Shown here one piece after another: positions 45,203-54,432 of a stretch of DNA of 64,000 nt. The position numbers and the translations under genes were made by a program. Location of the stretch: assembly GCA_963705205.1 (NCBI GenBank), contig CAVPJG010000006.1:298125-362124 (forward strand), given 5' to 3'. Every line of letters begins with the position of its first letter. The stretch's first letter is position 1. A model generated the notes under the pieces. The model did not search any database. It was not told the origin of the DNA and was given only the letters and a program-made list of their open reading frames with translations. The DNA comes from an uncultured Thermoleophilia bacterium (GTDB lineage: Bacteria; Actinomycetota; Thermoleophilia; UBA2241).

Positions 45203-45937
45203 ATGATGACCGTCGACGAGATCATCGACCGGCTGTACGGACTGCCGCTCGCGGAGTTCACCGCGGCGCGCAACGAGGCGGCGCGCGAGCTGCGCACGGC
45301 GGGGCAACGCGAAGCGGCCGAACGGGTGAAGGCGCTGCGCAGGCCGACAGCGGCCGCGGGAGCGGTGAACCGGCTGGTCCGAGGGCACCGTGGCGAGGTC
45401 GAGCGATTCCTGCGCACGGCAGCTGAGCTGCGCGACGCGCAGTTCTCGGGCCAAGGCGACCTGGGCGCGGCCAAGAGGCAGGAACACGAGGAGCTCGAGC
45501 TGCTGACGGGCATCGGCGGCGAGGCCGTGCGCCAGACGCTCCTCGCCGCCGCCGTGGACGACGACGCCGCGCAGCACCTGCTCGAGGCGCGGCTCGAGCG
45601 CGAGCTGGAGCCGCGCGGCTTCGGCACCCTGCTGGCCCACGCCCCTCCAGTCGCCGCGGCGCCGGCGGCCGCGGCCGCCTCCGAGCCGACGCCGGCGGGT
45701 GCGGCCGCACCTCGACCCACGGCGGTTCCGCCAGAGGGCAGGGAGGCCGAGAGCACGGAGGCCGACGACGGCTCGGCCCTCGCCAGACTCCAGGAGACCG
45801 AGGCCGCGCTCAGCGCGGCCGAAGCGGCGGAGCGAGACGCCCGCTGCCGCTGGGAAGTGGCCCAGGGCAAGCTCGAGATGGCACAAGCGGCCGTGGAGAA
45901 GGCCCAGCGCGACCTCGATCTGCTCCACGACCGCTAG
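45203..45937 (+). CDS. Hypothetical helical protein
   Basis: 244 aa from the ATG at 45203 (MMTVDEIIDRLYGLPLAEFTAARNEAAREL...). Coiled-coil-like C-terminus. No assignable function. Confidence 0.55.
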   Translation: MMTVDEIIDRLYGLPLAEFTAARNEAARELRTAGQREAAERVKALRRPTAAAGAVNRLVRGHRGEVERFLRTAAELRDAQFSGQGDLGAAKRQEHEELELLTGIGGEAVRQTLLAAAVDDDAAQHLLEARLERELEPRGFGTLLAHAPPVAAAPAAAAASEPTPAGAAAPRPTAVPPEGREAESTEADDGSALARLQETEAALSAAEAAERDARCRWEVAQGKLEMAQAAVEKAQRDLDLLHDR

Positions 45938-46002
45938 AGACGGGAGCGACAGTCCTCTGCGGCCTGCCGTTCCCAGGCATGAGCCGCGACCGGCTGAGGC
46001 TG

Positions 46003-47451
46003 CTAGTGGACCGTCACGTAGCGGTAGGCGGAGTAGCTGGCGCGGTGCTCGCCGCACCCATGGCTCGCCCGCAGCCTCCACCTGCCGCGGCTCGACAGCG
46101 CGAGACTCAGGGAGTACCTCGAGTACGTGGAGTAGTCGCGGACCTTGGCACGCGCCGTCTTACGCAACTTCCAGTGGCCCGACTCACGCCTGTAGCACCT
46201 CAGCGTCACCGCCGAGCTCCCGGAGGCATGTCGCGGCTTGAGGCCTCCGTGGACCGAGTACGTGCGTCCGCGGACCAGGATCGCTCTCGCGACAGGAGTC
46301 GTGACGGTCGCCGCCGGAAGGGGGATGTGGCTCATGAACGTGGTGGTGTAGGACACGCTGGCGGGCGTCACCCCATCGCTGCGGAAGATGCCGCCGGACA
46401 GCGTGATCTGGAAGGAATCGCCGACCCTGTACGCACCGACGGAGGCAGGATCGGGGCGGAAGATGAAGCAGTTCGCTATCCCATAGCCGCCGGTGTCGAA
46501 GTTGAAGTAGTCGCCGGACTTGTCGGTGTCGGCGGAGGAGAGGGTCCATGTGCGACCGTCCCGGACGCGCCGCACGGTGACGGTGTGACCACCTGAGGTC
46601 CAGTCGTACCGGTCCGGGTTCAGGGTGATGGACCAGGCCGTTCCCGTAGAGAACATCTCGACGGGGAACGGCCCCGCGCACGGCCACTTGATGGCGTCGT
46701 AGCCGACGGCGCCCACCCGGCTCCAGTCGAAGACGAACGTGTCGGTGCGCGCGTTCGCGTAGCCCATACCGGTCTTCTGCAGCGGCGGATTGAGCAGCCA
46801 GCGGCGGTGCCCCACGCGGTCGATGTTGGACGAGTCGCTGTCGTCCATGCAGCCGAAGTTGAAGTCCGCCAGCGTCCCATAGCCCCAGCCGATGTTGCTG
46901 GAGCTCGTCGCTGCGTTCGCGACGTCGTAGAAGTCCTGGGCCATGTCCGCCGGCTTGGGCTGCGAGTGGGCGAACTGGCCCACGGCGAGCAGCACGGAGC
47001 CGTGCTGGGCGCGCTCCACGTACGACGCGGCCAGCGCGACGTCGTCCGGCAGACCCGCCAGGTAGCGGGCGTAGTTGATGGCGTTGAGCCCGTCCTGCAG
47101 GAAGCCCGGCGCCAGCGACCCGCCTGCGTATGGCGCCACGAGCGTCGGCGCGGCGGCGTACGGCGAACCCGCGTATGCCGGCTTGAGCTGCGACCACCGC
47201 GTGCGGATCTCCGCGGCGCCTCGCGAAGCCGTGCTCAGCCGTGGTGAGGCAGCGACCGCCGGCGCCGTCGCGGCGGACCGGTACGCCGGTCTGGGCGCGG
47301 CGACGCGAGTCACGTGCCGTGACCGCCCGTCGTCGCGCTCGGCGCTCGGCGCCGTCGCCGGAAGCGCCGCCACCATGGCCGCCGCGCTGAACGCGATCGG
47401 AAGCACGCGCAGCCACACGGTCCTCCGCGCGTGACGGTGGCCACGAGTCAA
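46003..47451 (-). CDS. Secreted CAP/SCP-domain protein with C-terminal beta-sandwich domains
   Basis: Signal peptide. CAP-like NAINYARYLAGLP ... HRRWLLNPPLQKTGMGYA. C-terminal tail similar to those of the two cytochromes. Confidence 0.75.
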   Translation of the reverse strand: MTRGHRHARRTVWLRVLPIAFSAAAMVAALPATAPSAERDDGRSRHVTRVAAPRPAYRSAATAPAVAASPRLSTASRGAAEIRTRWSQLKPAYAGSPYAAAPTLVAPYAGGSLAPGFLQDGLNAINYARYLAGLPDDVALAASYVERAQHGSVLLAVGQFAHSQPKPADMAQDFYDVANAATSSSNIGWGYGTLADFNFGCMDDSDSSNIDRVGHRRWLLNPPLQKTGMGYANARTDTFVFDWSRVGAVGYDAIKWPCAGPFPVEMFSTGTAWSITLNPDRYDWTSGGHTVTVRRVRDGRTWTLSSADTDKSGDYFNFDTGGYGIANCFIFRPDPASVGAYRVGDSFQITLSGGIFRSDGVTPASVSYTTTFMSHIPLPAATVTTPVARAILVRGRTYSVHGGLKPRHASGSSAVTLRCYRRESGHWKLRKTARAKVRDYSTYSRYSLSLALSSRGRWRLRASHGCGEHRASYSAYRYVTVH

Positions 47452-47832
47452 TTCGGCCTCCTCCTGCCGCCTGCCAGGTCCAGTACGCGTGATCCGGCCT
47501 CCCCGATGATCGACCGCGCCTGTCGTCCTATCGGCAGTGCAACGGCACTCAATGAGCGCCCGCGGTCTCGCGCGGTCACCTGTGCACCGGCGCCGAGGGC
47601 AGCCGCAGCGCTTCGCGCCCGCATGGGTCGATGAGCACGGCTGTGAGGAATCCGCACCGGCGGTGCTTCACGGCAGCTCGACGTTCGCCACGTCAGCTGC
47701 TGACGTTGCCTGGCGTGGGGACGCTTCCAACGACGTTCCTGCAGACAAGCGGCCATCACCCTGCCAGCATGTGTGCACACGGCGGCACAGTGGCGGGCAA
47801 TGCTCACTGCCGCCTCGCGAGGGGGGTCGACC

Positions 47833-48564
47833 ATGTCCGAGCTCAAGCGTGTACCGAACAAACCGAAATCGGCCGAGATCAACCCCGGCCCGGGCTTCCG
47901 CATCAGGCTGTCGTTCGAACGCCCGGACGAGGACCTCGTGGAGCAGTTCGCCGCGTTCGATTCGCCGGACGTCTCCGATCAGCTGAACCGGCTGTACGCG
48001 CTCACATCGAGCATCCGGTGTCTCACGGGTGCGCACCACAAGATCGTCGGGCCGGCCTGCACCGTCAAGGTGTACCCAGGCGACAACCTCATGGTCCACA
48101 AGAGCCTTGACCTCGCCCGCCCCGGTGATGTGATCGTCGTCGACGCCGGTCAGTCCCGCATGAATGCGGCGCTCGGCAGTCTGATATCGATGAAGGCTCG
48201 CCATCGCAAGATAGCGGGATTCGTCGTCGATGGATGCATCCGGGATCTCCCCGAGATCCTGCCGCTGGACTTCCCCGTCTTCGCGCGCGGTACGACGCCG
48301 GTAGGCCCGCTCCACAGGGGTCCCGGAGAGGTCAACTACCCCATCTGCTGTGGCGGCGTGGTCGTCAGCGCAGGCGACATCGTGATCGCAGATGGATTCG
48401 GTGTCGTCATCGTGCCCCGCGGCAGCGCGGCGGAAGTCCTCGAGCGCCTCAAGGCCCACCAGGCGAAGAACGAGGAATACCTCGCCGGCGTGAGGCGAGG
48501 GGTGTTCTCCAACCAGTGGGTCGACGACGTGCTGGCCGAGAGCGATTGCATCATCGACCAATGA
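47833..48564 (+). CDS. RraA-family protein (HMG/CHA-aldolase-like)
   Basis: GPACTVKVYPGDNLMVHKSLDLARPGDVIVVDAG ... GFVVDGCIRD ... FARGTTP, an RraA-like fold signature. Confidence 0.8.
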   Translation: MSELKRVPNKPKSAEINPGPGFRIRLSFERPDEDLVEQFAAFDSPDVSDQLNRLYALTSSIRCLTGAHHKIVGPACTVKVYPGDNLMVHKSLDLARPGDVIVVDAGQSRMNAALGSLISMKARHRKIAGFVVDGCIRDLPEILPLDFPVFARGTTPVGPLHRGPGEVNYPICCGGVVVSAGDIVIADGFGVVIVPRGSAAEVLERLKAHQAKNEEYLAGVRRGVFSNQWVDDVLAESDCIIDQ

Positions 48565-48698
48565 GGTCCACGTCCGCCGGGGACGGCTTCGCCTCGAGCC
48601 TTCGCACGGCGCCGGCAGCCGTGGCATGATGGGGCCGGGTCAGGGCAGACCGTGGATCGACCGGTCCCTGTACCCGGGAGGCCCCCGCGGAGAACGAC

Positions 48699-49802
48699 AT
48701 GGAGGTTGGCTTGCGCCTTGAGACGCCGGTGAATGCTGCCGCGCGGTGCCTTGCCTCTTACCACAGGCTTGAGCGTCTCGTCGGCGAGCGCAAGGCGAGC
48801 AGACAAGCCGGCGGGCAGCGCTCCGAGTTCTACGCGATGGTCTGGGAACGGGCGGCGGCCGAGGTCGGCGCCACCGTGCGTCACCTCGACGGGATGCTGG
48901 AGATCCGGCACGGCGCTGCGCTCATCCGCATCAGGGGCAACATCACCTCTCTGGACGACCCGGTCACCGTTGCGGTGGCCTCTGACAAGGCGCTCGGCTA
49001 CGACCTCCTGAGCGAGTGTGGGCTGCCGCTGCCGAGTCACTGCTCCTGCGCGCGGGACGACACGGCGACGGCGTGGCGGTTCGTCGCCGCGCAGGCGCGC
49101 CCCTGCGTCATCAAGCCGGCCAGGGGGACGGGGGCCGGCATGGGCGTGACGACGGGTGTCACGACCAAGACGGGCCTCTTTCGCGCGATGGCGCACGCGG
49201 GGGGCTTCGCGAGGGAGATCCTGATCGAGCAGCAGGTGGAGGGTGACAACTACCGATTGCTGTACCTCGACGGGAGGCTGCTCGACGCGGTGCGCCGTGT
49301 CCCGCCGGCGGTACGAGGCGACGGCAAGTCGACGGTGAGGGAGCTCATCGTCGCCGAGAACCAGGATCGACTGCGAAGCGGCACCGAAGCCAGTCAGAGC
49401 CTTCTGACGATCGATTGGGATCTACGGCACACCCTCGGCCAGCGTGGCTACAGCCTGCGGTCGGTACCGTCGCGGGATGAAGTGGTCCGGCTGAAGACGG
49501 TCGTCAACGACAACCGCCGGCGAGACAACCTGCGAGTGACGGATCGCGTGTGCGCGTCGCTGGTCGAGGCAGGGGCGACGGCCGCCGCGGCTCTGGGGGT
49601 ACGATTCGCCGGTGTGGACGTCATCACGCGAGACATCACCGTGCCGCTTGGTGAGTCGGGCGGCGTGATCATCGAAGTCAACGCGACGCCCGGTCTCTAC
49701 CACCACCACACGACGGACGGTGGCGCCGTGAGCGTGGCGCGCGACATCCTCACGTGGATCGCGCAGGCGCCGGCCACGATCGCCCCAGGGCCCGTAACGT
49801 GA
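48699..49802 (+). CDS. ATP-grasp ligase (cyanophycin-synthetase-N-terminal / RimK-like)
   Basis: CVIKPARGTGAGMGV ... ILIEQQVEGDNYRLLYLDG ... FAGVDVITRDI ... IIEVNATPGL. Confidence 0.75.
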   Translation: MEVGLRLETPVNAAARCLASYHRLERLVGERKASRQAGGQRSEFYAMVWERAAAEVGATVRHLDGMLEIRHGAALIRIRGNITSLDDPVTVAVASDKALGYDLLSECGLPLPSHCSCARDDTATAWRFVAAQARPCVIKPARGTGAGMGVTTGVTTKTGLFRAMAHAGGFAREILIEQQVEGDNYRLLYLDGRLLDAVRRVPPAVRGDGKSTVRELIVAENQDRLRSGTEASQSLLTIDWDLRHTLGQRGYSLRSVPSRDEVVRLKTVVNDNRRRDNLRVTDRVCASLVEAGATAAAALGVRFAGVDVITRDITVPLGESGGVIIEVNATPGLYHHHTTDGGAVSVARDILTWIAQAPATIAPGPVT

Positions 49803-49833
49803 TCAGGGCGGTCCAGCACGCGGGCGTGCGGCT

Positions 49834-51162
49834 GTGAGGCTCGGCCGCTTTCTCGAGTCGTGCCGGGACCAGACGCCGGCCGTCGTCGTCTCGGTGGCCA
49901 GCGCCACCGGTGTCGGCCTGGTGCGTGCCCTGGGTTGCCAGGGCGTCCCGGTGTGGGCGATCGATCCACACCCCGACGCGATCGGCCTCCGCTCCCGCTA
50001 CGCCCACGGCTCGGTCTGCGCCGACGCTCACTACGACGAGGACGGCTTTCTGCGAGACCTCATCGACGTCGGCAGGCGATTGCCTCGAAGGGCGGTGCTG
50101 TTTCCCGCACAGGACGACTACGTCGCGGTTCTCTCAAGGCATGCCGAGCGACTGAGCCAGTGGTTCATCGTCGCGGTAACGCCATGGGACAAGCTGCAGG
50201 CGCTCAACGACAAGGAGCAGCAGGTGCGGGCAGCATGGCGATTCGGCATCGACACGCCTCGGACGGCGTTCATCCGCGACCGCCACGACCTGACCGAGGC
50301 CGCCGCCCAGATGCCGTTCCCCGCGATCCTGAAGCCGTCGGTGCCACTGGCGTTCCGCAGGAGGCTCGGCAAGAAGGCCGTCAGGGTCGAGACGGCAGCC
50401 GAACTCGAGCGGGTCTATGAGCCGCTGCAGGGATTCGGGACGCTCCTGCTCCAGGAATTCGTCCCCGGGGGCGATGATTGCGTGTTCGGCTCCGGCTGGT
50501 ACCTGAACGCCGACTCAGTCCCCTTGGCACAGTTCGTCTGGCGCAAGCTGAGGCAGCATCCGCGTACCTTCGGCGAGGGGCGGTTCGGGGAGAGCGTCTG
50601 GGTACCCAGGGTGGCCGACGACTGCCTCAGGATCTACCGCGGTCTAGGGCTGACCGGTATCTTCGGCGGCGAGTTCAAGCGCGATGCACGGGACGGCCGC
50701 TACAAGCTCATGGAGGTCAACACGCGCTACTGCCTGTCGCACACGTTCGCGCGCGCGGTGGGCGTGAACATCGCGTATGTCGCCTACCGCGACGCGATCG
50801 GCAAGCCCATCACGGCTCCGCCACAGCAGGTGGGAAGCCGCTGGATCATGTGCACGACCGACCTGCCGGACAGCATGCGTGAGATCCTGAGGGGCGAGAT
50901 GGGCGTGTGGGAGTGGGGGCGGTCGCTGCGAGGCACGAGGTACGACGGGCTGCAGTCGATCGCCGATCCCCTGCCGGGGCTTCTGGCAGTGCTCCGGATC
51001 GGTCGCGAGCAAGTGAACAAGGCGAGCAGACGCGTCGCCAGATCGGGGGGGCTGCGTGAAGACCCTGGCTCTCCTCCACCCGGGAGACATGGGCAGCGCG
51101 GTGGCCACGGCGTTCACCCGCCGTGGCTGGAGAGTCGTGTCGTACCTTGCCGGGCGCAGTGA
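49834..51162 (+). CDS. ATP-grasp carboxylate-amine ligase-like protein (COG3919-type)
   Basis: GTG start. FPAILKPSVP ... LLLQEFVPGGDD ... GIFGGEFKRDARDGRYKLMEVNTR. The last 35 codons overlap the next gene. Confidence 0.75.
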   Translation: MRLGRFLESCRDQTPAVVVSVASATGVGLVRALGCQGVPVWAIDPHPDAIGLRSRYAHGSVCADAHYDEDGFLRDLIDVGRRLPRRAVLFPAQDDYVAVLSRHAERLSQWFIVAVTPWDKLQALNDKEQQVRAAWRFGIDTPRTAFIRDRHDLTEAAAQMPFPAILKPSVPLAFRRRLGKKAVRVETAAELERVYEPLQGFGTLLLQEFVPGGDDCVFGSGWYLNADSVPLAQFVWRKLRQHPRTFGEGRFGESVWVPRVADDCLRIYRGLGLTGIFGGEFKRDARDGRYKLMEVNTRYCLSHTFARAVGVNIAYVAYRDAIGKPITAPPQQVGSRWIMCTTDLPDSMREILRGEMGVWEWGRSLRGTRYDGLQSIADPLPGLLAVLRIGREQVNKASRRVARSGGLREDPGSPPPGRHGQRGGHGVHPPWLESRVVPCRAQ

Positions 51163-51940
51163 ACGCACCAGGAGGCTCGCGCTGCAGGCCGGAGTCGCCG
51201 CGCTGCCCTCGATGGCGGACTGCGTGTCCGCGTCACAGCTGGTCGTCTCACTGGTGCCGCAGCGTGCCGCCGCCACGACGGCGCGGGCGTTCGGCGCCGC
51301 CTGCCATGAGGTCGGCAGCGCCCCACCGTATCTCGACGCCAACTCCCTCTCGCCGGCGACGATGGCGGAGGTGGCCCGCATCGTCACTGAGAGCGGTGCT
51401 GACTGTGTAGACGGCGCCTTCATCGGCAACGCCGCCATGCTGGGCACGAAGACCACGCTCTACCTGAGCGGGCCCGCCGCGAGCTCGGTGGCCGAACAGA
51501 TCGACGGCGCGCTTGCGACCCGGGTCTTGAGCCCGGACGTCGGGAGCGCATCGTCCTTCAAGCTGGCGATCTACGGGTTCAACAAAGGGCTCGTCGCGAT
51601 GTTCCTGGAGATGATCACGGCGGCCGACCTCCTGGGCTTCAGGGAGGAGCTGCTCGACTGCCTTCGTGACTTCTACCCGGGGCAGATGGCGACCGTGGAA
51701 CGGCTGCTGCCCACCTACCCACGTCACGTGGGACGCAGGGTCGAGGAGATGGACGAGGTCATCGCATGGCTCGCATCCATCGCCCACAGGAGCGACATGG
51801 CTGTGGGCACCAGGTCCGTGTTCGGGTGTCTCGAGGCCTTGGCCCTGGACGATCGGCCCTGGCCCTTCGATCGGCTTGTCGAGGAGTACTGCCGACGGCG
51901 CCTGCTGTCGCTCGAAGAACACGGCAGCGACTCCGCGTAG
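51056..51940 (+). CDS. NAD(P)-binding oxidoreductase (6-phosphogluconate-dehydrogenase-like N-domain, DUF1932-like C-domain)
   Basis: GTG start. The N-terminal KTLALLHPGDMGSAVATAF dinucleotide-binding loop argues against a later start. Confidence 0.7.
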   Translation: MKTLALLHPGDMGSAVATAFTRRGWRVVSYLAGRSERTRRLALQAGVAALPSMADCVSASQLVVSLVPQRAAATTARAFGAACHEVGSAPPYLDANSLSPATMAEVARIVTESGADCVDGAFIGNAAMLGTKTTLYLSGPAASSVAEQIDGALATRVLSPDVGSASSFKLAIYGFNKGLVAMFLEMITAADLLGFREELLDCLRDFYPGQMATVERLLPTYPRHVGRRVEEMDEVIAWLASIAHRSDMAVGTRSVFGCLEALALDDRPWPFDRLVEEYCRRRLLSLEEHGSDSA

Positions 51941-52116
51941 CGGGACCGCTGTACCGATGCCGGCCACCGTCCTGAGCCGATGTCGGGCGGGTCGGCCGGG
52001 GCCAGTCATCCGGGGGGAGAGAACGATCCTCCCGTGCCCCGCCTGCTTGAGGGCGTAAAGTGCGAGAAGATGGCCGCGACAGGGCGCGCGCGACTACGAG
52101 GGAGTGCGAGGTCTTC

Positions 52117-53115
52117 ATGAAGGCGATCGTCTGCACAGCCTACGGCGGGCCGGAGGTTCTCGAGCTCGAGGAAGTCGAGCAGCCGCGCCCCAAGGCCGGC
52201 GAGGTGCTCGTCCGCGTCCACGCCACTACTGCCTCCAGGGCAGACTGCGAGATCCGCCGGTTCGAGTTTCCCGCGTGGATCTGGCTGCCCGTCCGGCTGG
52301 CGTTCGGCGTCGTGAGGCCCCGGGTGCGCATCCTCGGCCAGGAGTTCGCAGGCGAGGTGGAAGCCCTCGGCGAGGGGGCGACCTCGTTCGCGCCCGGAGA
52401 CAGGGTCTACGGCACGACCGGGATCGGGCTCGGGGCCTACGCCGAGTACGTCCTTGCGGGCGGACGCCGCGCGGGCAGCGTCGTGGCCCCGATGCCGGCG
52501 GCCATGGGCTACGCCGAGGCCGCCGCCGTCCCGTACGGCGCCATGGAGGCGCTCCGCTTCCTGCGCAAGGCCGGCGTCGGCGCCGGGCAGAGGGTGCTCG
52601 TCATCGGCGCCGGCGGGAGCTTCGGCACCTTCGCGGTCCAGCTCGCCAGGCGCGCCGGCGCCGAGGTGGTCGCGGTGGACAGCGGCGGCAAGCTCGAGAT
52701 ACTCCGCGAGCTCGGGGCCGATCAGGTCATCGACTACACGGCAGGCGACTATCTGGACGGCGCAGGGGACTTCGACATCGTCTTCGACGTCGTCGGCCGC
52801 GCGCCCTACGGCCGCGTCGCCGGCGTGCTGCGTCCCGGCGGGCGCTACGTGGTCGCCAACCCGCACACGGCCCAGCTCATCCGCGGGCTCTGGGCCTCGC
52901 TGACCCGCGACAAGAAGATGATCTTCAGCTCCGGCCCCGTCAGGGACGAGCACCTGCGCGCCGTCACCGGGCTCATCAAGAGCGGCGCGCTCCGACCCGT
53001 GATCGACCGCCGGTACCCCCTCGAGCAGATGGCCGAGGCGCACCGGTACGCCGAGACGGAGCAGAAGCTGGGCAACATCGTCATCGTCATCGGCGAGGAG
53101 CCGGGCCCGGACTGA
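52117..53115 (+). CDS. MDR-family NADPH:quinone oxidoreductase / zinc-type alcohol dehydrogenase-like
   Basis: MKAIVCTAYGGPEVLELEEV ... GEVLVRVHATT ... VLVIGAGGSFGTFAVQLAR. Confidence 0.85.
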   Translation: MKAIVCTAYGGPEVLELEEVEQPRPKAGEVLVRVHATTASRADCEIRRFEFPAWIWLPVRLAFGVVRPRVRILGQEFAGEVEALGEGATSFAPGDRVYGTTGIGLGAYAEYVLAGGRRAGSVVAPMPAAMGYAEAAAVPYGAMEALRFLRKAGVGAGQRVLVIGAGGSFGTFAVQLARRAGAEVVAVDSGGKLEILRELGADQVIDYTAGDYLDGAGDFDIVFDVVGRAPYGRVAGVLRPGGRYVVANPHTAQLIRGLWASLTRDKKMIFSSGPVRDEHLRAVTGLIKSGALRPVIDRRYPLEQMAEAHRYAETEQKLGNIVIVIGEEPGPD

Positions 53116-53136
53116 GCGCCGCGAGCGCAGGCGAGG

Positions 53137-53181
53137 TGGTGGGCCGCAGGGAGTCGAACCCCTGACCTCCGCCGTGCACAC
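53137..53181 (-). other. tRNA 3'-end fragment (T-arm + acceptor + CCA), att-site-like
   Basis: The minus strand reads ...GGCGGAGGTCAGGGGTTCGACTCCCTGCGGCCCACCA. No matching 5' acceptor strand, D-arm or anticodon stem follows. Confidence 0.5.
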
Positions 53182-53639
53182 GCATCGATTGCTTTGCTGG
53201 TAGGCGGCAGTGAGTGCCCCTGAGAGCATCGGGGGGCGTGGGAAGCATGGGACGAGTGGCCTCGAGTTGTTCGTACCCTGACCGCGCCAGGAGGAGCGGC
53301 TCGGCCTCATCGTAGAGCCACAGGACACGAAAACTCCCGGCCAAGAAGGGGGTAAACTGCTCCTGGTGACCCTCACCACCTCACGCTCCTGCGGGTACGG
53401 GTGGCACAGGGCCCCTGGATAGCTCAGCACCTTGGAGATGCCGCGGGCAATCGGGCGACGTCCTCCTCAGAGCGCCGGGCAGGTTCGGCATGTCGGCCTC
53501 ACTGCCTCCGAGGACTTCGGTGAGACTGGACGCATGTCCATCACCTGGAGACAGGCGGGGACCGAGATTGAAAGCAGTGCAGGAAGTCGCATGAGCCCCA
53601 GCGACGCGAAAACCGCCAGCGGATCATGGGAGAGGGGTC

Positions 53640-53867
53640 ATGACAGAACTACAGGCCGAACCTAGGTCCCGCAAGGACCTCAGCGATTACCCCTCCGTCA
53701 TGACCCTCAACGACTACTGCGCCTACTACGGCATCTCTAAGGCGACCGGGCGGCGCTGGATCGCCGAGGGGCGAGCGACGCGCGTCCCCGGCCACCGCCA
53801 CATCAGGATCCTGCGCGAGTCCATCCGCCTCTATGAGGAGCACCTCCTCAGCGAGACCCGGGGCTAG
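53640..53867 (+). CDS. Excisionase-family / MerR-like helix-turn-helix DNA-binding protein
   Basis: MTLNDYCAYYGISKATGRRWIAEGRATRVPGHRHIRILRESIRLYEE resembles Xis-type HTH_17 proteins. The start may be the internal ATG at 53700. Confidence 0.6.
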   Translation: MTELQAEPRSRKDLSDYPSVMTLNDYCAYYGISKATGRRWIAEGRATRVPGHRHIRILRESIRLYEEHLLSETRG

Positions 53868-54432
53868 GGACCTCGCACCACCGTCCGCTCGTCGGGGGCG
53901 CCTTGAGCGTCCCGTCGCCCGCAACACCGCCTTCCACTGCCCGCTCTCCGCAACTCGTCCCTGGTCGCGATCGTGCGCGCCTGGGCCGGCGTGGGCGCCC
54001 CGCTTCAGCCCACCAACGCGGCACGACCTCCTAAAGGCGAATGATGAGCTCGAGAGAGTATTTCAGGATCTCAGACAATCCGTAATATCTCTAGACAACA
54101 CATAACGGCGCAATCTCTCGCGTGGCGCCCTGGTGAGGGGTAGTGAGGGTCTGTAGACGTGTGCGGGGACGGGGATGCGCATGTACTCCAGCGGACTGTC
54201 TCACAGCTCCTGCGGGTGTGCCGACACTCGGCCGACAGTCCCTTCCGAATGCTGGTCGCCGCTGCGCGGCCAGGAACGGACTGCGCAGATGGATGTGCTG
54301 CTCGCCACCCCTTCCCTGCCCGATACCTCGACCCCGACGCGAAGCGCCCGCTGGCCGATGACGCCGGCCGGCGGCTGCCGCGACGGGTAGTCCGCCCGCC
54401 TGGGCACAGGAAGCTCCGGAAAGGAGACCGTC

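Noticed and set aside
53137-53215. A complete tRNA gene on the minus strand.
   Set aside because: Only the T-arm, acceptor 3' strand and CCA are present. The upstream 40 nt cannot form an anticodon stem, D-arm or matching 5' acceptor strand. I therefore report it as a fragment.
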